Source: a virus. Taken from it: a stretch of 64,000 bases of DNA. The position numbers were made by a program, and so were the translations under genes. Location: the IMG/VR virus record IMGVR_UViG_3300032214_000986, positions 1-64,000 of that record; one strand, written 5' to 3'. The notes beneath the pieces were generated by a model. That model had not been told where the DNA came from. It saw nothing but the letters and a program-made list of their open reading frames with translations, and ran no database searches. The stretch's first letter is position 1. The number at the start of each line of letters is the position of its first letter. This document shows positions 9,663 through 19,994 of the stretch, one piece after another.

Positions 9663-10446
9663 AATATTATCAGGATGGAGTAATAAAGGGGGGTCTACTT
9701 TCGCCTTTATAAATTTAACAAACGAATTAAACAAAAACGGAATAGATGCCACATTCTATGGTCCTCACAATTGGCATTTAGATAAATGTAAATCAGGATT
9801 ATTGGATAATACTTTTACACTCGATAAGGAAGATACAATAATTGTACATTTTTTAAATTTAGGTGTTAGACCTGACGTAAAAAGAGTTATCCTATCTTGC
9901 CATGAAAAGAATTTATTTGAGGTCGGAGATATGAAACCTTTTTGGGACGAAGCGGTCTTTATCAATAATAAACATAGAAACTATCATGAGAGATATACAG
10001 GACCATTTAACATTATTCCTAATTTAAGGGAACCATTAGTTAAAAATGAAAAGAGTGAAGATGTTATTGGCGTTGCAGGAGTTGTGGGTTCGATAGATGA
10101 AAATAAACAAACCCATATCTCAATTCAAAGAGCATTAAGTGATGGTAACAAAAAAGTCTATCTTTTTGGTAATGTTACAGACACCAATTACTATAACACA
10201 CAAGTCAAACCATTAATTGACGGAGATATTGTTGTTGAATATGGTTACGTATCCGACAAACAAAAAATGTACGATATGGTTAGTTCAGTTTATCTTTCGT
10301 CTAAAAGTGAAGTGGCATCCTTAGTTAAGGATGAATGTGAAAGTACCGGTACAAATTTTAAAGGTAATTATGCAACAAATAATGACTCTGAATTTTTAAC
10401 AAATGAAGAAATCATTAATAAATGGAAAAACATTTTAAAACTATGA
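9655..10446 (+). CDS. Glycosyltransferase, GT-B-like
   Basis: GGST N-terminal motif, VGSIDENKQ, YLSSKSE...V..E donor-binding pattern. Confidence 0.65.
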   Translation: MVKILSGWSNKGGSTFAFINLTNELNKNGIDATFYGPHNWHLDKCKSGLLDNTFTLDKEDTIIVHFLNLGVRPDVKRVILSCHEKNLFEVGDMKPFWDEAVFINNKHRNYHERYTGPFNIIPNLREPLVKNEKSEDVIGVAGVVGSIDENKQTHISIQRALSDGNKKVYLFGNVTDTNYYNTQVKPLIDGDIVVEYGYVSDKQKMYDMVSSVYLSSKSEVASLVKDECESTGTNFKGNYATNNDSEFLTNEEIINKWKNILKL

Positions 10447-11156
10447 TAATCGTCACTACATTATATAATGCGGAAAATTATGTTGAAAGATGTATTGGTT
10501 CATTAATGGGTCAAACATATAAAGATTTCACATGTTACATCACAGATGATTTGTCGACAGACAGAAGTGTTGATTTGGTTAAAAAAATGATATTAGGTGA
10601 CAATAGATTTATTTTAATTGAGAATCAAATTAAAATGTACCAACCCGGAAATTACGACCAGGTCATACGTAATAACCCAAATATTGGGGATAGCGAGATT
10701 ATCGTTGAGGTTGATGGTGATGATTGGTTACCTGATTCAAACACCCTTAAAAGAATACATAATACGTATGAGGATGAGAATGTTTGGATAGCGAACGGTA
10801 GTTTTAAATACTCTACAGGGGCCATGGGATTTTCTTCTAAACAAACAAATTTTGAAAATTTAAGGAACTCCAGATTTACGGCATCCCATATTAGGACTTG
10901 GAGGGCGTTTTTATGGAGAAAAATAAAAGAGGAAGATTTAAAGGATGAAAATGGAACGTATTGGAAAGTAACGGGAGATTTATCGTTTATGTTCCCAATG
11001 TTAGAAATGGCCGGTGAAAAAAGATACAAATTTATGGAAGATGTGAACTATGTTTATAACGAATTAAACCCAATCAATGACCATAAAGTGGATTTAACAT
11101 TAGTTAATGTTGTTGCCGACAAAATTAGAAAAATGAAACCGTACGAGATATTATGA
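10443..11156 (+). CDS. Glycosyltransferase family 2
   Basis: LYNAENYVERCI.S, TDDLSTD, VDGDDW. Start moved to ATG 10443 (ATGA overlap with upstream stop). Confidence 0.85.
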   Translation: MIIVTTLYNAENYVERCIGSLMGQTYKDFTCYITDDLSTDRSVDLVKKMILGDNRFILIENQIKMYQPGNYDQVIRNNPNIGDSEIIVEVDGDDWLPDSNTLKRIHNTYEDENVWIANGSFKYSTGAMGFSSKQTNFENLRNSRFTASHIRTWRAFLWRKIKEEDLKDENGTYWKVTGDLSFMFPMLEMAGEKRYKFMEDVNYVYNELNPINDHKVDLTLVNVVADKIRKMKPYEIL

Positions 11157-11932
11157 TAAGTTGTTTTTTACAGGGAGGATTAGGTAACCAATTATTTCAA
11201 ATATCAGCAACAGTATCACTATCATTAAAGAATAATATTACGTATGGTATTAATATGGATTTATGTCATACCCCAAACCAAGGGTTTACTGCGAACAAAT
11301 ACAATGAAACATTATTTAAAAACATAAATAAAATAGGTAACTACCCTTTTAAATTTATATATGACGAACCTAAATTTAGTTTCACCGAAATCCCTTTCAA
11401 AGACGAAATGATAATTAGAGGTTATTTTCAAAGTGAAAAATATTTTTTAGAAAACAAAAAAGAAATAATAGATTTATTCCACATACCTGAAGAATCAAAA
11501 ACAAAAGTTTTAGATTTTTTTAAACAAAAAAAAGTTTCAGGGACAACGACATGTGTACATGTAAGAAGAGGTGATTATTTAAAATTTGACGATTTTCATT
11601 CAGTATGTAATGAAAATTATTATAACCAAGCAATAGATTTAATCGGAGACTCAACATTTATATTTATTTCGGATGATATGGAATGGGTTAATAAAACCTT
11701 TAATTCTGAAAATTTTATAATGTCAGAATTTAATAATGAGATTGACGATTTTACGCTAATGACTATGTGTGATAATGTGATAACATCAAATAGTTCGTTT
11801 AGTTGGTGGGGTTCTTACCTAAATAAAAATAATAATAAAAAGGTGATAACACCAAACAGATGGTTTGGTCCTTCAGGTCATAAAGATATTGAAGATGTAT
11901 ATCCTAAAGATTGGATCAGACTTGATTTTTAA
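11153..11932 (+). CDS. Alpha-1,2-fucosyltransferase-like (GT11)
   Basis: GGLGNQLFQ, GYFQSEKYF, HVRRGDY, NSSFSWWG. Confidence 0.9.
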   Translation: MISCFLQGGLGNQLFQISATVSLSLKNNITYGINMDLCHTPNQGFTANKYNETLFKNINKIGNYPFKFIYDEPKFSFTEIPFKDEMIIRGYFQSEKYFLENKKEIIDLFHIPEESKTKVLDFFKQKKVSGTTTCVHVRRGDYLKFDDFHSVCNENYYNQAIDLIGDSTFIFISDDMEWVNKTFNSENFIMSEFNNEIDDFTLMTMCDNVITSNSSFSWWGSYLNKNNNKKVITPNRWFGPSGHKDIEDVYPKDWIRLDF

Positions 11933-11967
11933 TTAACCAATAACTATTTTTTTCTAAAAAAGATATT

Positions 11968-13269
11968 ATGAAAGAAATAGAAGAAATATTTTCAGACTTA
12001 ACTAATTACCTAAAAGAAAAAAAACCAAAATACCTTTACAATAAATCATTTGTTCCTGGTAAAAGTCAGGTTTTATATTCAGGACCTTATTGGGATGAAG
12101 AAGAGATAATGGCAGCAATCAAAACATTTATCACAGGTAAGTGGGTAGTTGCGGGTGAAAACGTACATAAGTTTGAAAGTGAGTTTTCTAAACTATTCGG
12201 AGTTAAATATGCACATATGGTTAACTCAGGTAGTTCCGCCAATTTAGTATTAATTGCCGCTTTAAAAAAGTTTTTTGGGTGGAATGATGGTGATGAAGTT
12301 ATAGTTTCCCCTGTTGGTTTCCCGACAACTATTTCAGTTTTAGTTCAAAATAATTTAAAACCTGTATTCATTGATATCGAATATGATACATTAAATTTTG
12401 ATGTCACAAAAATAGAAGAGAAAATAACACCTAAAACTAAAGCAATTTTTGTTTCTCCTGTATTAGGTAACGCCCCCGATATGGATTATTTAAAAAATCT
12501 TTGCGATAAATACAATCTAAAATTAGTTGGTGATAGTTGTGACTCTATTGGTTCTAAATGGGACGGAAAACATCTAAGCTCTTATTATGTTGCATGGTCT
12601 ACATCATTCTATCCCGCACACCACATATCAACAGGTGAAGGTGGTATGGTTTGTACTGATATTGCAGAATTAAAAAAACTATTTGTGAGTTTTTCATGGT
12701 GGGGTAGAGATTGTCATTGCGTTGGTTCAGCAAATCTACTTTCATGTGGGACTTGTGGTAACAGATTCGATAAATGGTTGGAGTCTTATGATGGAATTAT
12801 AGACCATAAATACGTCTTTACTAATATGGGATATAACCTTAAACCTATGGATTTACAAGGTTCGATTGGGTTAGTTCAAATTAAAAGATTCGAGGAAATA
12901 GATTTAAATAGAAAAAACAGTAAAAAAAATATTGAGTCAATCTTACTAAAACACGTAGAAGGTTTAAAAGGTGTTGGTTCATTAAGTAAGTCCGACCCGT
13001 GTTGGTTTGGTACACCTTTCATATGTGAATCAAAAACGTTAAAAGATAAATTAGTTTCGTTTTTAGAAGAAAACAAAATACAAACTAGAAATTATTTTGC
13101 TGGAAATATATTGTTACATCCGGCTTATTCACATTTGGATGAGGTAGAATTATACCCTAACTCAAACCAAGTATTAGATAAAGTTTTCTTTTTGGGGGCA
13201 TCTCCACATTACACTGATGAGGTTTTTAATTATATTAATTCCGTGTTTGAAAATAAATGGAAAAATTAA
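11968..13269 (+). CDS. rfbH: RfbH/DdhC-like NDP-4-keto-6-deoxyhexose 3-dehydratase (DegT family)
   Basis: VNSGSSANL; TSFYPAHHISTGEGG (His in place of the PLP Lys); WGRDCHC...CGTCG Fe-S-type cysteines; DHKY...GYNLK. Confidence 0.85.
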   Translation: MKEIEEIFSDLTNYLKEKKPKYLYNKSFVPGKSQVLYSGPYWDEEEIMAAIKTFITGKWVVAGENVHKFESEFSKLFGVKYAHMVNSGSSANLVLIAALKKFFGWNDGDEVIVSPVGFPTTISVLVQNNLKPVFIDIEYDTLNFDVTKIEEKITPKTKAIFVSPVLGNAPDMDYLKNLCDKYNLKLVGDSCDSIGSKWDGKHLSSYYVAWSTSFYPAHHISTGEGGMVCTDIAELKKLFVSFSWWGRDCHCVGSANLLSCGTCGNRFDKWLESYDGIIDHKYVFTNMGYNLKPMDLQGSIGLVQIKRFEEIDLNRKNSKKNIESILLKHVEGLKGVGSLSKSDPCWFGTPFICESKTLKDKLVSFLEENKIQTRNYFAGNILLHPAYSHLDEVELYPNSNQVLDKVFFLGASPHYTDEVFNYINSVFENKWKN

Positions 13270-13278
13270 TCGGAAAAA

Positions 13279-14646
13279 ATGAAAACGTTAATATTAGGTG
13301 ACGGATTATTAGGTTCGGAAATACATAATCAAACTAAGTGGGACTTTATTTCCAGAAAAAAAGATGGTATTGATATCACAGATTTTGATTCTTGGTCAGA
13401 TAAGATGAATCAATATGATATCATTATCAATTGTATAGCAAATACAAATACATATTCCACATTAAAAAAGGAACATTGGGACATAAATTATAAATTTATA
13501 TTGGATCTTATTAACTATTCTAACGAAAAAGGAAAAAAATTAGTACATATATCTACAGATTATATTTATACAGGGTCAATTGAAAATGCATCTGAAAACG
13601 ATGTTCCTGTACATTGTAATAATTGGTATGGGTACACAAAACTTTTGGGTGATGGGTTAATGCAGTTAATGTCCAAAAATTATTTATTATGTAGATGTAC
13701 ACATAAACCAAACCCGTTTCCTTACGAATCGGCATGGATTGACCAAATAGGTAATTTTGATTATGTCGATAAGATATCTTCAATAATTATTAAATTAATA
13801 AATGAAGATAGGTTTGGGGTTTATAATGTAGGTACCGAAACTAAAAATATGTACGAATTGGCTAAACAAACAAAAGAAGTTACCCCAATAAATTCCCCAA
13901 GACATGTGCCAAAAAACACATCTATGTCATTGGATAAACTTAAAAGGCCATTTTTTTCTATAACAATCCCGACATATGGGTATAATGGGAAAGGGTCGGA
14001 ATTTTTAGAACATAGTTTAAAAATTATAAGTAACCAAACATTTAAAGACTATGAGGTTATAATATCTGACCATAGTATTGACGATACGATATTAAATGTC
14101 GTAAAATCTTGGGAATCGGTTATCGATATAAAGTATTTAAAAAATGAAAATGGTAGGGGTATCATATCTCCGAACATTAATAACGCAATGAAACACAGTA
14201 ACGGTGTTTGGATTAAAGTTTTATTTCAAGATGATTTTTTATATGATAATCAATCACTGGAAAACCAATATAAATTCATAATTAAAAATACTAGTATGAA
14301 ATGGTTTATGACTAGATTTTTTCATAGTAATGATGGTAAAACATATTATAGATTATATCATCCGGTGTGGAATGACCATGTATGGGCAGGTAATAATACT
14401 ATGGGATGCCCAAGTGGATTAACCTTATTGAATGATGATTTAATATATTTTGACGAAGGATTAAATTGGTTAATGGATTGCGACTACTACCAAAGATTAT
14501 TTATAAAATATGGTGAACCTAAAATTTTGGATGGGATAACCACAGTTAACAGAACGTGGGGATCAAGACTAACCGACACAATACCTCAGAGTTTAAAAGA
14601 TAAAGAATTTAATATATTAAAATTAAAATATGATAGAACTACCTAA
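13279..14646 (+). CDS. Fusion: RmlD-like NDP-sugar reductase + GT2 glycosyltransferase
   Basis: N-half GDGLLG, HISTDYIY, YGYTK; C-half FSITIPTY, ISDHS, LFQDDF, WLMDCDYY. Confidence 0.85.
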   Translation: MKTLILGDGLLGSEIHNQTKWDFISRKKDGIDITDFDSWSDKMNQYDIIINCIANTNTYSTLKKEHWDINYKFILDLINYSNEKGKKLVHISTDYIYTGSIENASENDVPVHCNNWYGYTKLLGDGLMQLMSKNYLLCRCTHKPNPFPYESAWIDQIGNFDYVDKISSIIIKLINEDRFGVYNVGTETKNMYELAKQTKEVTPINSPRHVPKNTSMSLDKLKRPFFSITIPTYGYNGKGSEFLEHSLKIISNQTFKDYEVIISDHSIDDTILNVVKSWESVIDIKYLKNENGRGIISPNINNAMKHSNGVWIKVLFQDDFLYDNQSLENQYKFIIKNTSMKWFMTRFFHSNDGKTYYRLYHPVWNDHVWAGNNTMGCPSGLTLLNDDLIYFDEGLNWLMDCDYYQRLFIKYGEPKILDGITTVNRTWGSRLTDTIPQSLKDKEFNILKLKYDRTT

Positions 14647-15289
14647 TATAACGTTAATCGCTTTAACAAGTGTTAGAATCCCTGAAACAATTAAAGCTTT
14701 AGAGTATAGTTGTAGAGGGGTAAAATTTGGTAAGGTAAAAATAGCATCAGATATTAAACCTGATAATTTACCAGATTTTATCACACACGAATTTACTGAA
14801 AAAAGTTCAAATATTGATGAGTGGAATTATAATATAATTTATAATTTATCAAAACACATTGATACCGAATTTGCATTATTAATTCACGATAATGGATTTG
14901 TTGTGAATCCTGAATCATGGAGAGATGAATTTTTAAATTATGACTATATTGGTGCACCTTGGCCATTACCAGTTGATGATTTTTCATATAGAGACATTAA
15001 CGGAAATATAATTAGACAAGGTAATAGTGTTTCATTACGAAGTAAAAGATTATTAGATGTCCCAATCAAATTAAATTTGGAATGGAAACCGTTTCATGGT
15101 TTTACTAATGAAGATGGGTTTATATGTGTAAACTACAGACACAAATATCTTGAAGAAGGATGTAAATTTGCTGAGATTGATGTTGCAAAATATTTCTCAC
15201 ATGAAAGTATGATACCTGAAATACAGGGAATTAAACCTTTTGTCTTCCATAATTATTTGGGAACAAATAACCAATACCCAAGATTTTAA
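14630..15289 (+). CDS. DUF5672-like putative glycosyltransferase
   Basis: FLNYDYIGAPW, GNSVSLRSKRLL, NEDGF. Confidence 0.75.
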   Translation: MIELPNITLIALTSVRIPETIKALEYSCRGVKFGKVKIASDIKPDNLPDFITHEFTEKSSNIDEWNYNIIYNLSKHIDTEFALLIHDNGFVVNPESWRDEFLNYDYIGAPWPLPVDDFSYRDINGNIIRQGNSVSLRSKRLLDVPIKLNLEWKPFHGFTNEDGFICVNYRHKYLEEGCKFAEIDVAKYFSHESMIPEIQGIKPFVFHNYLGTNNQYPRF

Positions 15290-15292
15290 AAA

Positions 15293-16012
15293 ATGAATAA
15301 AATAATAACATCAGGGGCATTTTTAGTAGTAACCGACTTTGGGTTTTTACCTAAAAATTTAAGTCAATCTTGGGTTGAGGAATATACTGATAATTATCTA
15401 ATTTATGACAGAGCTCATAGATTTGAGGAATCAGATAAAATTAAACATCAAGTAAACGTTGGAGCTAACATATACGATATATTTGATTTCATTGTAACAA
15501 ACTATGAAAATTTACCAGAAATAATTATTTTTTGTAAGGGTAATGTGATTCCAAGACATTGTGGATTTGAGAAGTTTAAGAACATTATTAATAACACTGA
15601 ATTTACAACAATTGAAAATTATATTAGAGACCACCGAAGATATCGTTCTGGGATATACTCATTTGTTGATGAAACTGACGCATATCATGAAAATTCTTTT
15701 GAGGTCAATAATACAGTTGCAAATATACATAAATCTAAATATATTTTTAGTTACCAAGAAATGTTAAACAGTATATTTGAAAATCCTATATTTGGCGAAT
15801 ACATTAGATTTGCCCCCGGAGGAAATCACATTATACCAAAAAAAGACATTTTAAAATATAATAAACATTTTTATGAAACTATGAGACATTATGTTTCTTG
15901 GGACGTACAACCAGGTGAGTCATATATTTTAGAAAGAGCAATGTTTACTTTATTTAATAACAAATTTACCATTAAAGAAAAATATAAAAATGAAATTAGG
16001 GGTCTCGTATAA
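15293..16012 (+). CDS. DUF3431-like putative glycan-modifying protein
   Basis: NVG.....FIV.NY.NLP..IIF..G..F/PH, F.PGG..I..K..I, ILER pattern. Confidence 0.6.
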   Translation: MNKIITSGAFLVVTDFGFLPKNLSQSWVEEYTDNYLIYDRAHRFEESDKIKHQVNVGANIYDIFDFIVTNYENLPEIIIFCKGNVIPRHCGFEKFKNIINNTEFTTIENYIRDHRRYRSGIYSFVDETDAYHENSFEVNNTVANIHKSKYIFSYQEMLNSIFENPIFGEYIRFAPGGNHIIPKKDILKYNKHFYETMRHYVSWDVQPGESYILERAMFTLFNNKFTIKEKYKNEIRGLV

Positions 16013-16778
16013 TTTATTTGATGGTGAGGAGCTATTAGAATATTCAATTAAATCGATTAGAAATAATACTGATTTTATTTCAGTCATATATCAAGAAATA
16101 TCGTATCATGGTATAAAATGTTCTGATGGTATGTTACATTTTTTGTTAAATTTAAAAGATAAAGGTCTAATTGATGAAATTGTGTTGTTTGAACCCGATA
16201 TCACAGATACCAGTGGTGAAAACGCATCATTAAATGAAACTAAAAAAAGAAATCTTGGATTAGAAATATCAATAAAAAATGGTTGCACTCACCATATGTC
16301 AATGGATGTTGATGAATTTTATACAGAAGACCAATTTATATATATGAAAAATACTATAGAAGATGGTGATTTTAATTGTGCTGCAGTTAAACATTGTCAA
16401 TATTATAAAGATTCTATATATATTCTTAAAAATAAAGAAGAAGAATATGTTACAACTATAGAAAAAATAACTCCTGAGACAAAATATGTTTACATGGAGG
16501 ACTATCCTGTACCCGTCGACCCAACAAGAAAAACAAATAACAAAAATTGTAGAGTTTTTGATAGAAGTGAAATTGAAATGCATCACATGTCTTTTGTCAG
16601 AAAAGATATTAAGAAAAAATTAAACAATAGTGCAAGTAGAAGACATTTTAGTGATAAAACAATTAACAAAGTGGATGAATATTATAAAAATTGGAGTTTC
16701 CCAAATCCTGCTATGTGGGCTGGTGGAAATTTATTGGATGTGATTGAAGTCCCAAGATTATTTAAAATATATAATTAA
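15990..16778 (+). CDS. GT-A-fold glycosyltransferase-like protein
   Basis: ELLEYSIKSIR, KRNLGL, MDVDEFY (DxD), MHHMSFVR. Confidence 0.7.
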   Translation: MKLGVSYNLFDGEELLEYSIKSIRNNTDFISVIYQEISYHGIKCSDGMLHFLLNLKDKGLIDEIVLFEPDITDTSGENASLNETKKRNLGLEISIKNGCTHHMSMDVDEFYTEDQFIYMKNTIEDGDFNCAAVKHCQYYKDSIYILKNKEEEYVTTIEKITPETKYVYMEDYPVPVDPTRKTNNKNCRVFDRSEIEMHHMSFVRKDIKKKLNNSASRRHFSDKTINKVDEYYKNWSFPNPAMWAGGNLLDVIEVPRLFKIYN

Positions 16779-16785
16779 AAAAAAT

Positions 16786-17418
16786 ATGAATTATTTAGGT
16801 GATTTGTCTAAACAAGACTACGAAGTATTAAAAGATTTATCGTTAAATTCTAAAAATATATTAGAATTTGGCATTGGGGGTAGTACACAAATACTACGAA
16901 ATTTTAGTGATGGTAATCTAACGTCAGTTGAAACCTCCCAATTTTGGATAGACATAACAAAAAGAAATTTACAATTTTTGAAAATTGAGAAGGATGTTAC
17001 TTTTTTATTATATGATGAGTTTAACCCAAAAGTAGAACAATATGATTTAATTTTTAACGATGGGATTGATTCACTAAGAAACGAATTTGGGATTAAATTT
17101 TGGCAAAACTTAAAAGTGGGTGGTACAATTGCGTATCACGACACCAGAAGAATACAAGATATTCAAAACGTCATTAACTTAGTTAATAATTTTAAAGACG
17201 AAGTTGAATCAATTATTTTTAATAAGGACAACTCTAATATAACACTAATTAAGAAGAAAAATAAAGATGGTGTTATTTTTAATAATACCATCGATGTAAA
17301 TAAAATTTTATCAGAATCTCCATATTACGATTGGAATGATTCTGAAATGAAAATTAGGTTAAAATACGGAATCTCAGTAAATAAAGGAAACGACATACCT
17401 GATTATTTAATTGATTAA
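16786..17418 (+). CDS. Class I SAM-dependent methyltransferase
   Basis: ILEFGIGGST, YDLIFNDG, LKVGGTIAYHD. Start moved to ATG 16786. Confidence 0.8.
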   Translation: MNYLGDLSKQDYEVLKDLSLNSKNILEFGIGGSTQILRNFSDGNLTSVETSQFWIDITKRNLQFLKIEKDVTFLLYDEFNPKVEQYDLIFNDGIDSLRNEFGIKFWQNLKVGGTIAYHDTRRIQDIQNVINLVNNFKDEVESIIFNKDNSNITLIKKKNKDGVIFNNTIDVNKILSESPYYDWNDSEMKIRLKYGISVNKGNDIPDYLID

Positions 17419-17421
17419 TAT

Positions 17422-18324
17422 ATGATAACAACAAATTTAACAGGAAATTTAGGAAATCATATGTGGCAATATGCAGTATGTAGAACTGTTGCCGAAAAAT
17501 TAAAATATGAATGGGGGATTAATTCTTCACCAACCCATGACTATCACAATGGGATGAATCAAATGTATTTTATGGATATTGATTTTGGAAAACCTATTGA
17601 AAATATTCAAAATACATTTAACGAAACTTGGACCCATTATCAAGGAATTAATATAACCATGGTAGACAATAATATTTGGAATATACCTGATAATACAAAA
17701 ATATTTGGTCATAATGGAGCATTAGGTGCTAATTTACAAAGTGAAAAATATTTTGAAAATTATGAGGATAATGTTAAGAGTTGGTTTAAAATTAATGAGG
17801 AGTATGAAAATAAATATGAAAAAAAATTAAATGAGTTAGGAATTATATTAGACGAAAACACTTGTGTAATTAATTTTAGAGGAGGTGAATATAGAAGCAT
17901 ACCTCATGTTGTTTGTCGTAAAGAATATTGGAGAGACTCAATTAATCATATGTTAAGTATAAATCCAAATATGAAATTTGTAGTTATAACTGATGATCCG
18001 GAATTCGCAAATTCTTATATGCCATTTCAGATACCTTGTTATCACGATGAAATTGGATTTGATTTTTACGTAATAAATAAATCTAAATGGGTGATTTTAT
18101 CTAATTCAACATTTGGGTGGTGGGCAGCGTGGTTAAATAATAATGCAAAATTAATTTTAGCCCCAAAATATTGGGCAGCACACAATAATAGTAATGGGTA
18201 TTGGTGTGTTGGAGAATGTTATACTAAGTCTTTTCACTATGTTAATAGAAATGGGGAAATTAATGACTATGAAACCTGTAAAAAAGAATCATTAGAATTT
18301 TATAAATTAAATAATATAATATAA
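17422..18324 (+). CDS. GT11-like glycosyltransferase
   Basis: GNLGNHMWQY, NLQSEKYF, NFRGGEY, SNSTFGWWAAWL. Confidence 0.85.
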   Translation: MITTNLTGNLGNHMWQYAVCRTVAEKLKYEWGINSSPTHDYHNGMNQMYFMDIDFGKPIENIQNTFNETWTHYQGINITMVDNNIWNIPDNTKIFGHNGALGANLQSEKYFENYEDNVKSWFKINEEYENKYEKKLNELGIILDENTCVINFRGGEYRSIPHVVCRKEYWRDSINHMLSINPNMKFVVITDDPEFANSYMPFQIPCYHDEIGFDFYVINKSKWVILSNSTFGWWAAWLNNNAKLILAPKYWAAHNNSNGYWCVGECYTKSFHYVNRNGEINDYETCKKESLEFYKLNNII

Positions 18325-18327
18325 AAC

Positions 18328-19251
18328 ATGAAATTATTAGAGTATGAAGAATTACAAAGAATGGTTGACTATTCATTTGGAGACCATTCGGGAGTTTTAG
18401 GAAAGTGTCCTAATGCGTATATGAAAAAGGCTAACATTAATAATATAGAATTTATTGATAAGTTAAAAAACCATAAAAGTGACATTATGACGCTTTTTAT
18501 TGATAATATAAGATTATATAGAAGACAAATTGATTATTGTGATTGGGAAAAATTAAAACCTATTAGTCAAAATGATAGGGATTGGTTAAATCAATTCAAT
18601 GATGAGGATTTATTAGAATTATGTTCTAATTTTCCTGAAAAAAAATTTATAATTTTTACGGCATTTGAAGACACTCCTTTAGATGAATTTATTGAGGGTA
18701 AAATCCCTGATAACGTTATTTCCATTAATGCAACAAATGCGGTTTATTTAAATAAAAAAATTAACCCGATGCCCCACGGAATTGAACGAAAAATGCACAT
18801 GGGTTATAACCATCACGAAATTTTAATAAATAATATAAAAAATAATACTCCCGCCCAAAAATTATTATACGTAAATCATAGAGAAGATACGGGGACAAGA
18901 AAAAGTTTAAGAGAAATGTTTAGTGGATGGGCGACAATATCCCCTAAAGTTGATTACTCAACGTTTTTAACAGGAATTAGAGAACATAAATTTGTTCTTT
19001 GCCCTAGTGGTAATGGGATTGGGTCTGCCAGAAATTGGGAGACACTTTATTTAAAAAGAGTACCCGTATTAGAATGGCACCCATATAAAGAAAAAGTTTT
19101 TAAAGGGTTTCCAGTATTATTTGTAAATAATTATTCAGAAATCACAAAAGAATTATTAGAAAATAATATTCATTTATATGAGGAGGCTCAGAATATTAAT
19201 ATGGATAAATTAGATTTAGAAATTATCTTTAATGAAAGAACAAAAATATGA
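18328..19251 (+). CDS. Exostosin/GT47-like glycosyltransferase
   Basis: KFVLCPSGNG....R.WE.LY...VPV C-terminal motif. Confidence 0.7.
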   Translation: MKLLEYEELQRMVDYSFGDHSGVLGKCPNAYMKKANINNIEFIDKLKNHKSDIMTLFIDNIRLYRRQIDYCDWEKLKPISQNDRDWLNQFNDEDLLELCSNFPEKKFIIFTAFEDTPLDEFIEGKIPDNVISINATNAVYLNKKINPMPHGIERKMHMGYNHHEILINNIKNNTPAQKLLYVNHREDTGTRKSLREMFSGWATISPKVDYSTFLTGIREHKFVLCPSGNGIGSARNWETLYLKRVPVLEWHPYKEKVFKGFPVLFVNNYSEITKELLENNIHLYEEAQNINMDKLDLEIIFNERTKI

Positions 19252-19994
19252 TATACGATTGCTTTACATTTTTTAATGAATTAGATTTATTAGAAATAAG
19301 ATTAAATATACTTGACGAATATACTGATTATTTTGTTATTGGAGAATCATATGAAACATTTAGCGGATTAAAAAAACCTCTTTATTATTATGAAAATAGA
19401 GAAAGATTTGAAAAGTGGAATGACAAAATTATCCATATAATTCATCCTGATTTTGAAACTAAAAATTCATTTGAAAGAGCTAGCTTTCAAAAAGAAAATC
19501 TAAAATTGGGTTTAAAAAATGCATCAGACGAGGATATTATTTATTTTGGGGATACTGATGAAATTTGGAAACCAAAAGTTATTGATGATAAAGTTTATAA
19601 CCTAAAACAAAAAAATTATTCATATTATTTAAATAATCGTTCAAGCGAACAATGGGTTGGTACTATTGTTTCAAAATATAAAAATATTAAAAACGGTAGT
19701 TTAAATTATTTTAGAGCTAACCATACTAATGAATTGGATGATGGTGGGTGGCATTTCACAAATATGGGAGGATATGAACAAGTAATAAAAAAACTTGAAT
19801 CTTATGACCACCAAGAATTTAATAACGACTACATAAAATCTCAAATAAAACATAAAATTGACAATAATTTAGATTACGTAGGTAGAAGATTTGACTGGTT
19901 AGGAAACCCATTTCAATTTAAAATTGACGAATCGGGACTCCCTGAATTTATATTAAATAATAAATTAAGATATAAACACATGATAAAATCATAA
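19248..19994 (+). CDS. GT17-like glycosyltransferase
   Basis: IYDCFTFFNELDLLEIRL, ES..TFSG..KPL, DTDEI, GGWHFT. Confidence 0.85.
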   Translation: MIYDCFTFFNELDLLEIRLNILDEYTDYFVIGESYETFSGLKKPLYYYENRERFEKWNDKIIHIIHPDFETKNSFERASFQKENLKLGLKNASDEDIIYFGDTDEIWKPKVIDDKVYNLKQKNYSYYLNNRSSEQWVGTIVSKYKNIKNGSLNYFRANHTNELDDGGWHFTNMGGYEQVIKKLESYDHQEFNNDYIKSQIKHKIDNNLDYVGRRFDWLGNPFQFKIDESGLPEFILNNKLRYKHMIKS

